Assembly (NCBI GenBank): GCA_021432655.1
Contig: MU271537.1
Coordinates: 1-48,333, forward strand
DNA length: 48,333 nt
Reading direction: 5' to 3'
DNA from: Atractiella rhizophila
Taxonomy: Eukaryota
Shown here: positions 13,194-25,617 of the stretch, in pieces
Numbering within the stretch: position 1 is the stretch's first letter
Layout: each line of letters starts with the position of its first letter
Translations under genes and position numbers: made by a program
The notes under the pieces: model-generated
What the model saw: only the letters and a program-made list of their open reading frames with translations
The model's database searches: none
Told to the model about the DNA's origin: nothing

Positions 13194-15990
13194 GTCAGTT
13201 CGATGCTCGCTCGATCAAACAATTACGGTTTGTGGAGACGAGAAAGGGAAATGAAAACGGCAATGGAAGACGGGAAAGGATAGGGATAGGGCAGACAAAG
13301 GGATGAGATGAGGGTCGGTCCGTGCACACGGCAAAGATTGCAGACTGCGCCTGCAGCGCAGTCGCAGTAATGGTTCGACTACAAATCCAAATCCTCCGAA
13401 GAAGGTAGTGTCACGTTCGGCCGGCTGGGACTGTTTTGAGAGCATTGGAGTGGCAGCGGAGAGTAATCCCATATTCACCACTGCCGGTGGAATTGTATCT
13501 GGGGGAGGACAAATTCTCCTTTGAAATGGAAAGACCAAGGGAAATATTACATAATACGCTCAGGAATTAGTGGACTATCCCATTAGTGATAGATAATGAG
13601 AGAAGTGAATAAATAGTCGCAAGCTCGCGTGAGAGGCGAATAGCCAGATACCATATCAGGTCCATGTAACCTAGTTCCAAAAGTAGAACCAAAGCGCATC
13701 GTCTCAGAGGCTTGAGGCAGAGAGCGGAGTGAGCATCCATGAACAGAAACTTCCATTCTTTCACGACCAAGCATCAGGACGGGGCATGTCCACCCACAAA
13801 AATTGCTGAGAGACTGAAAGATGACTCTTCATCCTCCAAACGCCACCAAAACTTTGGACTAATGACTCCTCCACCCGGCCATTCGATCAATCCATGATCC
13901 CTGTCAACGAAAGTCACGACAGTCCGATACCACTCCGTATTCCCCTGTCTGCTCGCGAGCCAATAATCGAGCTGCAGCGACGCATGGAGCTCACTCCGCT
14001 CCCTGTCCAGTAGTCACTTCGCATGCTTCGATCTGTCGAAAGAGATGTATGACCGGCATGCCTACGCACTGATTAACAGCGTTGTGCATTAGATTAATGA
14101 GCGTCCTTGAGAGCACTTGCAAAGACTCTCCATCTCTCCTTCTCCAACCAACCCAAACCCCAAACAAAACGGCGAGAGTGTGAAGAAGGAAAGAACAGAC
14201 GAACCTATCAGCGTTCTTCCGCTTCTGCTGAACCCACGCATCCGCAATATTGAACTCCTTCTTCCTCTCCCTTCCTCCTCCCACGCTCCTACCATTTCCG
14301 GTGGATGCAAATTCGATCTGTACCATCCCCTTCTCCATCTCTTGTCCACCTCCATCTCCGACTGAGAGAGGGATACCTGGATCGGGTGTTCCGTTCGTGC
14401 TGCCTTTAGTGGGTGATTGTGGGGTCTGAAGTAGTTGGACGGTCGTAGCGGAGGACGAGGGAGAAAGCGGATGGGAGGACGGTGGGAGAGGTATCGAGAG
14501 ATGGTGATGGTGTTGGAATATGGGCAATTGGACCATCCCTCCTCTTCCTTCTTTCAAGAGGAAAAGAGAACGACGAAAATATCGATCCTGACGACTTCTG
14601 AGAAATGGAATTCGGCCTGTTTGTTCAACTCGACGTCGTTGGAAAGAGCAAATCGCATCGATGTCCGTTTCCGACTGGACCGTCCAATTCGCATGCGCAT
14701 TCCCATTCCCAAACGTAAGCATGATGCATCCCCAACGAAGCGAAAGGAAACGAAGCAGAGGAATAAGGAGACCTACGTATTTGAGGCAGTGGCGTTTGAA
14801 AGCTGAGCTGGATGAATGCTCGGGAAGTGACTCCCTTTGCCATGTTATAGCGTGGCTCACACCGCAGTCGCGCAGCACGCAGCTTCCGCCGGCTCAGCAC
14901 TTCGCGTCTTCGTCTGCGTCGCTCGACTTCGTCTTCTTGGTGTTTTGTGTCGTGTCCGTGTGCCCCTGCTGGTGACTAGTGAGGCTGATGACTTGTATGC
15001 TTGGTGCTCCCTATGACTGCGCTGCTGCAAGTAAAGAGGGAAGCTGCGGATGAGTTGTACAATGACTCATTGGGAGAGAGATGAGATTGCGATGACATGT
15101 CATTTAGACGAGAATTAGAGAGATGGAGCTGTTAGGTGTGAACTTGTTCAACGGCTTTTTCTGGGAATGAGCACAAGCACGAATCACGGGTGTGTCATCC
15201 CAATCCCATTTGCTCCTTCACCATTACTTCTTCCTCCTGCCTCTTTGTGAGGAACCTCGATCTGCTCAGACAAAAGACTCCATGCCTTCAACTCAGAACA
15301 TGACCTTTAATAGACTAGAGCGGACAAGAATGAGGTGACGGCGTGCCGTGTCAGTGGCTGTTCGCACACAAGCGCTAAGCCCCAACGAATTCGGACTTGT
15401 GGAATGGAAGCACCTCCTTTAGAAGACTCACAAGTAGACTCGGAGCTCGCAGAGACGAAAGAAAAGCAAACCTTCATGCAATGTGAGAGAATCGAGCAAA
15501 CGCCGACTCCATTAATGAAAAATTCATCGAGTAGACAGTTTACTATTGTAACCAGTTGCGTCCGTTCTGTGCTGTTTTTCATCCTATGTCGTCGTCATGT
15601 CCAGAAATTGAGCGATTCAAGGTAGCCAGATGTGCCAGCACATCCAACGCCGTTCAAATTATTTCCTGTCAGGCAATAGAGAGCACCGGCTCTGCCTTGG
15701 AACCTGCCGCAATTAAGTATTGGCATCTAAATATTGACTTTGGAAATCGTAACTCGCGATGAATGACGGATATTCAAATTACCACCTGCACTTGCCGAAG
15801 AGCACGACTCCATCTCGCTCCATCAGCAATCAGCAATAGAAGAGAGCAGCAAATTTGATGATGAGCCGGATTGCACCATCTTTCCCCTCACTTGGCCCAC
15901 ATTGCATCACCGACTCGTCTCCCTCAAAAGCTCGCTTATCTCTCATCCTCCTCCAACCCAAACCTGCTTGATAACTGATAACAGAACGCA

Positions 15991-17384
15991 ATGGCCCCCA
16001 TCTCCGTCGAGTCGAAAGCTCCAGTGCACGAATCCTTCAGCGCCTTTGGCGCGCAGAGCGCAGTAACCGATGGAGCCTTCCTCAACACTGCAGATCCAGA
16101 GACGAACGCGTCTAACTACAAGTACGCCCATTACCTCCCCGTCTTCGACACCTCCGCCGAACCGCTCCCTCCCCTCGAACCTTTCGAGTTCGTCGATCCC
16201 GGAACGCGCGTTTCCGACCCAAACAACAATCCGCTCTCGAACCTCCTTGGTCCTAACGTCAAAGTCACGGATTTGACGCCTACTATCGGATCTGTGATTG
16301 AAGGGATCCAGTTGAGCCAGCTGAATGATGCTCAGAAGGATGAATTGGCGGTATTGGTGGCGAGGAGGAAGGTGGTGGCTTTCAAAGAGCAGGATTGGGC
16401 TGATGAGAAAGATTTGGACAAGATAAAGGATTATGGGAGGTATTACGGACGGCTGCATATTCATCCTACGTCTGGACATCCCAAGGGACACCCTGAATTT
16501 CACCTCGTCTATAGGGACGGAAAAGCGAGCTTCAACTTCGAACAGAGCAATCGGGTGACGAGCGTCACTTGGCATTCTGGTTCGTTTTATACTCTCGCTG
16601 AAGGAATGCATCTAAACTGTTGGGGTAGATGTGACATACGAACTTCAGCCTCCTGGAACCTCCTTCTTCTGGATCCTGGACCAACCTCCAAGCGGAGGAG
16701 ACACCGTTTGTGGTCTCTTCTAAGCGTGTTCAAAATATTTACGAGTTTTATAGGTCTTCGTAAACATGGTCGAAGCATACGAGCGGCTCTCTCCCACCTT
16801 CCGTGAACTGCTACACGGTCTAGAAGCTGTCCACTCGGGATTTGAGCAGTCTGTCTCCTTGCCCTCTTCTGCGACCCCTCTGAGTGACTCGGCCATGGAT
16901 ACAGGGCTGAATTTTCGCGCTCAGGAAAGAGGGGCGGAGTCGTTCGTCGTGAACCGGTAGCGCACGCCCATCCCATCGTCAGGACCCATCCCGTAACAGG
17001 CGAGCGGGCGTTGTTCGTCAACCCACAATTCACCAGATAGTTCGTCTTCCCTATCCCACCTTCTGTATACTTGGAGCTAGATGCTGACTAGGAGTTGCAG
17101 CATCGTCGGACTAAAGAAGGAGGAGTCTGATGCCATCCTCAACTTCCTCTACGACCATTTGTCGAAGGGTCTAGATTTCCAGGCGAGAGTGAAGTGGGAG
17201 CCGTATGTCCATTTTCATTCCACTTGACTTGCAACTCAAGTTATGGATGCGGATGAATAGACGCATGGTCTCGATCTGGGATAACAGGATCACGGCTCAT
17301 ACTGCCATCTTCGACTTTACAAAAGAGCACCGTCGACACGCCAGCAGGCTAACTCCCCAAGCCGAACGACCGTACTTCAAGTGA
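15991..17384 (+). CDS. TauD/TfdA-family alpha-ketoglutarate-dependent (sulfonate) dioxygenase, Jlp1-like
   Basis: DLTPTIGS, YGRLHIHPTSGHP, spliced WHS|DVTYE (HxD), GGDT, HPIVRTHPVTG..LFVN and WDNRITAH...RLTPQAERPYFK*, stop at 17382-17384. Confidence 0.95.
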
Positions 17385-17489
17385 TTGCCACATGAAAACT
17401 GTACAAGAATTGTATTCTACATTAGATCGAAAATGTTACCAATGTGTGAACTGCTACATAGAAATGACAGCAATAACTTGAACCAAACC

Positions 17490-18338
17490 CTACCAGCCAC
17501 CCTCGTCTTCATCTTCTGGTTCCAATCCATCCACACTCATCCCTTCCTCCTCCTCTTGCATCCCAGCAGCCTGAGGATCTAGCTGCCCCATCCTCTTGAA
17601 AGCAAGGGTGATGAAAGGTCGGATCTCGTTGAGCTCCATCTGGCTAACATTCGGCAGCTGTAGCCATCCAGTCCGATCAGGTTTCTGCGAGGAAAAGGAA
17701 AGGGAAGGAAAGACAAACTTGTAATGATGTTGGCGTCAACGTAGATATTCCTTCTCGCATCTTCGCTAATCGGGCCTCGCGAAGAGATTTGAGGATTTCG
17801 CGCACTTTCTCTGAACGTGGAATGTCGTCTGCAGCCCTACACCGCGTGCGTCAGAGTCAAAAGAATTCGCTGCTCGCGTAAACCTACACTTCTAAGAGCA
17901 TCCGAGAGATCTCCATCCAATGAAATGGGAGAGCGCTGAAGCTAGCACTCGAAGTCTCAGCATTTAGCTTCTCTTCTAACCGCTCTGAGTCCAAAGCCAG
18001 CATTATAAAATAAATTAAAGCAGAAATTTCGACAGTTACCCATTGTAAGCCAGTCCGGAGGGACTATTCGACATTTTGAAGTCTTCTTAAGCTCGAGTGC
18101 CATCCACAGCGGAACCGTCGCCCGTTCAGGAGGATTGAAAGGTCCATAGGTTCGCTGTTCAGAAAATTATCAGTCTTGGGAGGAGCAACAAGCGGACAAA
18201 GACATTTGGCCGTGGCGCAGAAATGAAACGTAGTTTGGGCATCGAGATACGGGGTATGATTGAGATCATCTCTTGACGAGCGATGAATTCCAACTCTCCA
18301 GGAGTAAAATTCGAGAGAAGCGCTGGTGGTAGAGCCAT
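17490..18338 (-). CDS. PSF2: DNA replication GINS complex subunit Psf2
   Basis: Absent from the ORF track. Manual minus-strand translation gives MALPPALLSNFTPGELEFIARQEMISIIPRISMPKLRFIS...YGPFNPPERATVPLWMALELKKTSKCRIVPPDWL...LPNVSQMELNEIRPFI, ending in an acidic tail and TAG at 17492-17490. Confidence 0.93.
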
Positions 18339-18890
18339 TATTTTGTCTTAAACATTTGTCAGAGGTTGCTGGATGGAGAAATGACTTTATGGTGGTCGAT
18401 CACGGGATTTATCATTTGGCAACTTGAAGTTGTTAATTTGAAATGCAAAGTAGGGGAAACCATTGCGAAAAACTTTGTTACTTGTATGATCTTGTCACAA
18501 GAACAACACCAGTTGTGCAAGCTGAAGCTTTAGAACTAGTGGCCGCCTTGCGAGTGAACTAGACACGTTTTGTGAGATGAGTTCAGGCGAATTTTATCGC
18601 AGAAGTCATTCTCGGGTGAGTTCATCGATTAGTTGCTTCTTTCTCCCTAGATTGCATTGCCCCTACCTCATCGCAGTTCGAATTGAGGTGCGTTTGGGCC
18701 TGATTTTTCCTAGGCTTAATATCCGAGATGCTACCATATGTTACTGTGGGTTGCTGTGCTTTGTACTCTTAATCCACCGCAATCCTCAAGGTTGTCTATT
18801 AGCATGAACGAATAATATTTAAGACGATTACGGTCCTCAGAGCATTCATCGTGGATAATTATTCGCTGCCCAGTTGCCCATGTGCGACGA

Positions 18891-19366
18891 TCAGCACCCA
18901 GAATATGCCTTAACACTCCATGAGATCTAGTTTATTTTAGGAAAGGAATTCCTCACCCTAACAGAGTGGACGTTGGTTCCCCATTTCAAGCAAGTCCCGG
19001 AGTTGACACTGAAAAAGAATGTATCACCATCACACTGGGTGCCAGTCCAGGCGCTGAGACATTTCTGTGGCAATCTCATGAGCCTTACTACACTTGATTT
19101 AGTTCACCGTTCTGACCTTTTCGTTGTTTGTGTAGCTCGTAACGAAAATGGCGTCCCCGCCAACGGCAGGAATTGGCTGGCAGCCGGTATCTGAGTGCCA
19201 TGTAAGATGGTTTGACAGGAGAAATAGAAAGAAACGTGCTATCCAAATTGCTGGCCCCCACAAAGGTCCCTGTGTTGCAAGCACCGGTCCAATAGTTGAC
19301 ATCAAACTTCGCAACGGCCAAAAGCGGTAAGGCGGCGAGAGCGAGTGCTACGTTGTTAAATTTCAT
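18891..19366 (-). CDS. Small secreted cysteine-rich protein (~108 aa, 6 Cys), effector-like
   Basis: Signal peptide MKFNNVALALAALPLLAVA. Three short introns (first is GC-AG, 19239-19191) give an open frame ending ...SVRAYSGC*. Confidence 0.75.
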
Positions 19367-19666
19367 TCTGAATATCTTCTTTGCGTGCCGATTCGAGATT
19401 TGTGAACTGATGCCTTTTGCTTCACTCCCGCTCTGCTTTTATAGTGTTTCGCAAACCAAGTGCGAGACGACCATGAGAGCATTCCCCTTCCTGAGCTCAG
19501 CCGCGCAACGGGCAGTCCGTGGTGGAACTCCTGGTGTGACTATCGACGATGCCGTGGTCAACAGGAAAACCGAAAATCTTTGAGTATTCCTGCCCGTGGA
19601 AGGCAACGCCAGTGCCGTTGGCGTAGCCTTCGCTTCACGTTTTCAGTCATGCCACTCGTCAAGTGA

Positions 19667-20938
19667 ATGCTTGTCCAGGACCTCCCGAGCCCACTGTTGT
19701 TACCAATGGTACTTTCAGTGTTGTCGTTGTTCCTCCACAGTTCGTTTCTGATGCTCTTGCCTTCCTTGCCTCGCTTCCTGTCCGTATCTGTTGGTATAGG
19801 AGCACTTCTGCTTTTTGGAGATGGAAGGACCGTATGATCAATCTGGAGCTTGGGACGCTGATGTAGTAACGTATGTACTCGGGAGGTCCACTAATGGTTG
19901 AGCAGAGCGTAAAACACAAGGACGAATTCGTTTGTTACGCGCGGTCGGAGCCGATTTCACTCTCCCTTGTTCGTTCAACTTCCGCTGGTCCACAACCGCC
20001 AACGGTCTTCCTTATCACCACAACATGAATCCAGCATTTCTAAAATTCGCACTAGATGTGCGCTCCATGAAGTCTGCGCCGTCCAGCGTGCCTGACGCGT
20101 CTTGTAAAGAGATCGATCCATATCCTCCGAGACTCCGCCCTTCAACTCGATTGTTATTGCGCTATCGGGCTTACAAACTCTTCTTCAGCTACACGAGGAG
20201 GGCCGAGGACCTTGCCAGATGGAGGGCCAGTTCAAACGGTAGAACGGGGTTCTTGACAGTCGACGAGTATTGTTGGGAGTTGAAGATGGTCATGGGGAGT
20301 AGTTGGCAGCAAGGGAAGAAAAAGAAAAAGCGACCCATTCGAAGTGGCGAGTGTCCCTTCTTTAAGAGTTTCTGAGATCCAACACTTAGCGGTGTTGGCA
20401 GAAATAGTTGAGATCGATCCAGAAACTGGGAAAAAACGAAAACCTCTAAATGCAAAGGCATGTCGAGAGATAATCAAGAAATATGAAAAACGGCTTAAAC
20501 CTGACCTGCTCGCCATAAAAGGTCCATTCAGAGACTTAGTCGCGTGTAAGTTTCTCATCTTTCCTATGTTTTCGCTACTTACTCATTATTATAAAGCGGA
20601 TATGAGAGATTGGCGGTATGATCCTGCGACAGCAGTTCACGATTGTTGCGCACACCATCCTCTCATTTTCATTCCCAAATCCAACATCTGGTACGACTTA
20701 TGCACATTTGATGGAAAATATTATCCGCGACCTCTCAACTCGGATGTTGTTGTCAAGCGCTCGAGGGAATCAGCAGAAGAAAAGGAAAACAGATGCAAGA
20801 GGACTGTCTTATATCAGGTTCGTGGACACTTTTCAGCATTCACATGAGTTAACAGGAATGTTGATACAACTACATGGAGCAGAGGGCTTTGGAGGCTATG
20901 GCCCATCATGGAAAATCAGTTTTTGGGAAATCACGTGA
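19667..20938 (+). CDS. Hypothetical or degenerate multi-exon gene
   Basis: Overlapping + ORFs 19932-20375, 20344-20847 and 20618-20938 have plausible donors (e.g. GTAAGT ~20546). Possible start MLVQDLPSPLLLPM is weakly F-box-like. No clean model was obtained. Confidence 0.3.
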
Positions 20939-21528
20939 GTCCATTTCGATTCTTCGTCCCTTCTAAATGGCTCTTAATTTGTCTTCATTCCGATATCAGG
21001 GTACAGACAATAATCTGATCATATTGGAATGTACAATTTACGACACCACATCCCGTTGTACATTCCATCTGATCGTTTTGTTCCACCTCATTGGCGCCAC
21101 TGTCCAACTACTTTCAAAATGTCAAACAGTTGAAATACCTGTTCCTTTGTTTCGATTTGAATAACACGTGTCGTGCATTTCTACTACTGTGCTCAGCAGG
21201 CCTTCTACTGACCGCTTATCCATTATGACAATTTACGACATTGATTCAATCAATATTCAGTCAAATTCTGTCACTGACCATGTTGCATGTTTACAATTAC
21301 AAGTTCAACATACGCGCAGCGTTATGTATGCGCTATGCCCTCACTCTTAAGTACGAGTCGGATGGTGTAGATCTGGACATGGACCGATATCCATGGTCAG
21401 GCATGGAGTCATCCGAGTCGCGATATCGAGTCAGTCACTCGGAGTCGCTGCACTCGTTTGCTCGCCGTTTAAAGCACCATTCTTTCACGCCTAAAGTTTA
21501 AGGACTCATTTTGCGCTCCAGCTCCAAA

Positions 21529-22150
21529 ATGACTGCACCAAAGTATCCAAAGGTCGAGCTCCGCACCCAGCGTCTGCTACTCCGTGAAACATTGGCAACT
21601 GATGCTCCCGGTCTTCATGAAGTCTACAGCGACGCAGAGGTGATGCGCTACGGGTCTGTCTTCTCCCAACACCGACATCAAATCTATTGAAGCGTTGACG
21701 GCTTTGTGCAGTTCCCGTCCACCTCATGCATCGGTGGAGGAAACGACAGAAGTTCTCGCAGGCCGAATCGTCGAAGAAACGAACGGGACAACAAATTTCA
21801 GCATGCTTCTCCTCCCCAGCTATCGACCGATAGGGAACATAGGACTGTATAAAGCCGGAGAGAGCGAGATCGGATTCATGTTGCTCCGGAGCGAGTGGCG
21901 GAAGGGTCTTGTGTCGGAAGCGCTGAAACGACTGCTTCCTTATTACTTTGACGAGCTCGGGATGGAGGACATCACGGCGGATTGTGATCCTCGGAATTTG
22001 GCGAGCGTTGGGTTGTTGAAGAAATGGGGATTTGAGGAGACCGGGACGGAAGAGAAGACTTTTTTTGTTGGAGGGGAGTGGTGTGATAGCGTCTACTTAC
22101 GCTTAAAGAAGGAGAACTACCTTCACTCAATCACTGCAAAACAGAGTTAG
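21529..22150 (+). CDS. GNAT (RimJ/RimL-type) acetyltransferase
   Basis: MTAPKYPKVELRTQRLLLRE, one intron, then EIGFMLLRSEWRKGLVSEAL...DPRNLASVGLLKKWGF...GGEWCDS. Confidence 0.93.
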
Positions 22151-22233
22151 AAGATTTCGTTGGTTCATTATTGATTTAGAACAATCCGCATATCTTCATA
22201 CTTTTTCGCCACCCCTTAAATCTAGTTCCATCC

Positions 22234-23777
22234 CTACGCCTCCATGTCATCCGGCAATGTGCAAACTTCCGTCCATTCGTTTTCCCTTCCTGAACAACCA
22301 ACCCACATTCATCGTCAGCATTCGTGTAGGACAAAGACGAAAGGCGAATGTACCGGCCAAAATGAACTTATTCCCTTTGACAACCAGAGTCTCTGCTCGC
22401 TCTTTATGTGCGAAAACCTGCCGAATCAGAAGTGAGCAAGTTCAATTCACTGCAATGACACAATAAGGGAGGTGTGCGCTCACAGTTTCCATCTTCAATC
22501 GTCCACCATAAAACCTTTCGACAGTATCCATCCGCCGATAAGTACTCCAATACCATCAAGTTCTAAAGGAATCAAACCGGAGGAAGAGTGGAACATACCT
22601 GTCTTCACCGGTCTCATTGGAGAGACGCCACACTTCGACCCCTCCATCGCTTTTGAGAGTCGGGAAGGGGTGCGAGGTAATATACACCGAACCTGAGGGG
22701 GCTACAGTTGTCGTGGTCAAGTGCCGCGGTATCTGTACCCATAAGACACCGTCATCATCAGCCTTTTGAGTTGGTAGATGGGAGGATGTAGGATAAGGAC
22801 GGACCCGCTGAGCGTCCTGCAAGCTGAGTGCGCCGTCTGATTGGACTGTGTAGCTCGTGACAGCCTGGTCGGTAAGGACGTAGATTGAGTCTTCTGGTCC
22901 CTTCATGTCGCCCATTAACAGATCAGCTACGTCGCAACTCCTTGAAAAGAAAGAAAAACCAAAGTTGTGACTTGCCTTAGAAAGGGCCTTCGGAGCCGAA
23001 AGTGATGAGAGGGCGGTTATACATTCCTTACTTGATCTGGTGCAGTAGAGGACTGCTCCAGATGGGGTGAAAGGGACATTGAATCTCTGCAGAGCGGAAT
23101 ATGACGGCTAGTTGAAGGAAGTTTTACGGGGTGGAAGGAGACAAACTTCGTTCAGTTGGCTTTGGAGGAAGGAAGGTAATCCACTCGAGACTGCAGAGAT
23201 GTAGAATGCGTCGGTGGAGATGGGGAGGATAGACGTAGGAATGAGGTCTCGTAATTGACTATACGCATGTCCTTCCCTATAGAAGAGGAGGGTCAGTTTC
23301 CACAGTTCTAAAAGAACAAAGGACATACGAAAAAGTCCAATGTTCCATTTTCTCCTTCGTCGTCCCATATATTTCTACCCAATATTGGCCATGTTTTTTG
23401 ACGACTGTATAGGCTCTCAATCCCTGCCCTCCCTCCTCGACTTCCTCCAAATCTAACAACTCCACGGCCAACATTTCTTTTTCACCTCCATTCACTCCCT
23501 GTCCCCAATCCAGCTCGACATCCCTCAACACGCCTTCTTCGACCTTCCACATCTTGACATCTTTGTCCCTGACTGCAAACACATTCCCGCTCGCCCGATG
23601 GAGGGTCAACTGGTGCACGTGGGGGATGGGGAAGCGGAGGCAGGAGTCTGAGTTGTGGAATGAGGGCGTGCGGAAGTACCCTGTTAAATGGAGGAGGGGA
23701 GACACGTAGAGGGACCACAGGGGGATACCAAGCGCTACGAGTGCTAAGAGCAGCGACAGTCGAATCGTGGATGCCAT
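22234..23777 (-). CDS. Membrane-anchored paraoxonase/arylesterase-like beta-propeller protein (divergent)
   Basis: N-terminal hydrophobic anchor, then NSDSC. Spliced C-terminus VEVWRLSNETGEDR|FYGGRLKMET|VFAHK...EVCTLPDDMEA* resembles basidiomycete arylesterase-like proteins (recalled). Confidence 0.6.
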
Positions 23778-24652
23778 GGCATTGACGCGTTCTGTGTGGT
23801 CGTTGGTTGTGACACTGGAATGCGACACGTTCTTACAACGCCGAAGTCGGAGTAGCATATGAGGAACGAAACGTGGATGTTTTCAAGGATTCTTATTCTC
23901 CTCTCACCTATAGATGATCATCAGGCATAAACATTCGATGACGGCTAATGCCGATTGACAGAACAAACAAATTTACTTGGGAGACATTTGGAGACACATG
24001 TGGGCAATCTAAAGAGGCATAAAATAGTCGTAACTGTAACTGTTTGACGGATGGATGTAAGTCTGGTCACCATTTGGAATGCTAGAGGGTTCCCTCAGTT
24101 CTTTTCCTTTCTCGTAACGAATAGGGTATTGATATCTGATTGTCCCTTGGAAGTACTCATGAACTCATGTGTGGTCGTTGTCTCAGCCATCCTGTTTTCT
24201 AATGCATCGTAATCTTGAGAAATCTAAGAGGTACTCATGTATCGTGTCATCCATAGCTAAAGGGACAAGCGTAGTTTCCGAGTTAGCTGTCAAATACCTC
24301 ATCATGCTGTATTGAAGCTTTTTGCATCTTGACTTTTTGATTCACTGTGCTTGGTGATTGATAATTTATAACCTATCATTTGTTCACTGTCACACCCTCG
24401 TAACGTGATCCTATCTATGCAGTTCTAGCACCCCACTTCCAGCACACCGTTGTGAGCTAAAGACCCTTCAACCTTGATTTCTCCTGTGAGGTGAAGCCAT
24501 GTTATGTCAACAAGCAAACGTCCCCTTGGTGTCACACAACCTGGAGGCGAATGTTTTACAGCGTTCACATACTTTTCACGTCTAGGGCTAAATAAACAAT
24601 AATCCTATTTTCCAGCTAGAAGACAAATTACCCCTGCTCTTTACATCTTGAT

Positions 24653-25617
24653 TTACGTGCGCCTTTCCAGGACCCACTCCTGCATCTCTTCTGGCCCACC
24701 TTTGTGAGCCAAAGTTCCCTGAGCCTTGGTTTCGCCGGTCAAGCTGAATCCATTCTTTTCACTACTCGGTGTTTCAGTTTTATAAAAGGAAAGACGGAAG
24801 AAAAGCCTACAAAACACGTCGAGAAGCCCAGTTCCCCACAAAAGGGGTGACTTTCCAATGCTTCACTCTCATGATTGGATCAAAGAATTGAGCCAACAGT
24901 ACGCTCAGGCAAGCAGACATCACCCCTTTACCATGATGTTCTGGGGAGAGCAGATCCCCTTGCCCAACTTCGTCAGCAGGAGACAATGTTCATCTGAGAG
25001 CACATACCGAACATCCAAGATTGCTTGCTAGCAAAGTCAATGTCAGGGAAGCATGCATCTTCAAACGGTTCGCCATCTAATGGTCTTGCGTCGATGGAAC
25101 CAAGAAACTTCCCACCAGCCGAATCTGGCCTATCCGAGTATCGTATGACCTGCTCAAATTTTTCAGTGAGGATCCCAATTCAATGGCCGTACCGTACCTC
25201 GAAAGGACAACCACTGATCTTTTGGATATCGCGCCAATCTTTCGTTTCCCGTAGGTATGTGACTAATTTGCGCGTACCGTCGGTCCTCAAGCTGCACCAG
25301 AACCGTGCATTTTCCTTCATGTAAAACAGTTTAAGAAGGTCTGCGCAGTGGAAGAGCTGCCCGCACAATGGTGTAAGGAAATGGCGGCCCTAAAAGATTC
25401 ATGTACACTAGCAGATGTAAGGCGCAATTACAAAGATGGTACACGAAGCCGCACCTCTTTTGTCGTTCAAAATTTCCATGTTGCTATGAATATCGGCTTC
25501 ATCACTCCTCCATGGTGTAAGTCGGTAATTGTCAAGTGGAGGGGGAAGCTTCAGAAATGGTTCCTCCGTCTCTGTGTCATAGCTGATGCCAGGAATGTGC
25601 GAAAAAGGATGGGACAT
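24653..25617 (-). CDS. GNAT-family acetyltransferase (basidiomycete type)
   Basis: Spliced: TEEPFLKLPPP...ILNDKR|VYMNLLGPPFPYT...LLSPEHHGKGVMSAC...FVGNWASR..EKNGF, carrying the acetyl-CoA-binding motifs A and B. Confidence 0.85.

Noticed and set aside
9180..13306. Numerous long + strand ORFs opposite the Est1/SMG6-like gene
   Set aside because: They are S/L/F/P-rich antisense shadows of E/R/K-rich coding sequence, with no motifs.
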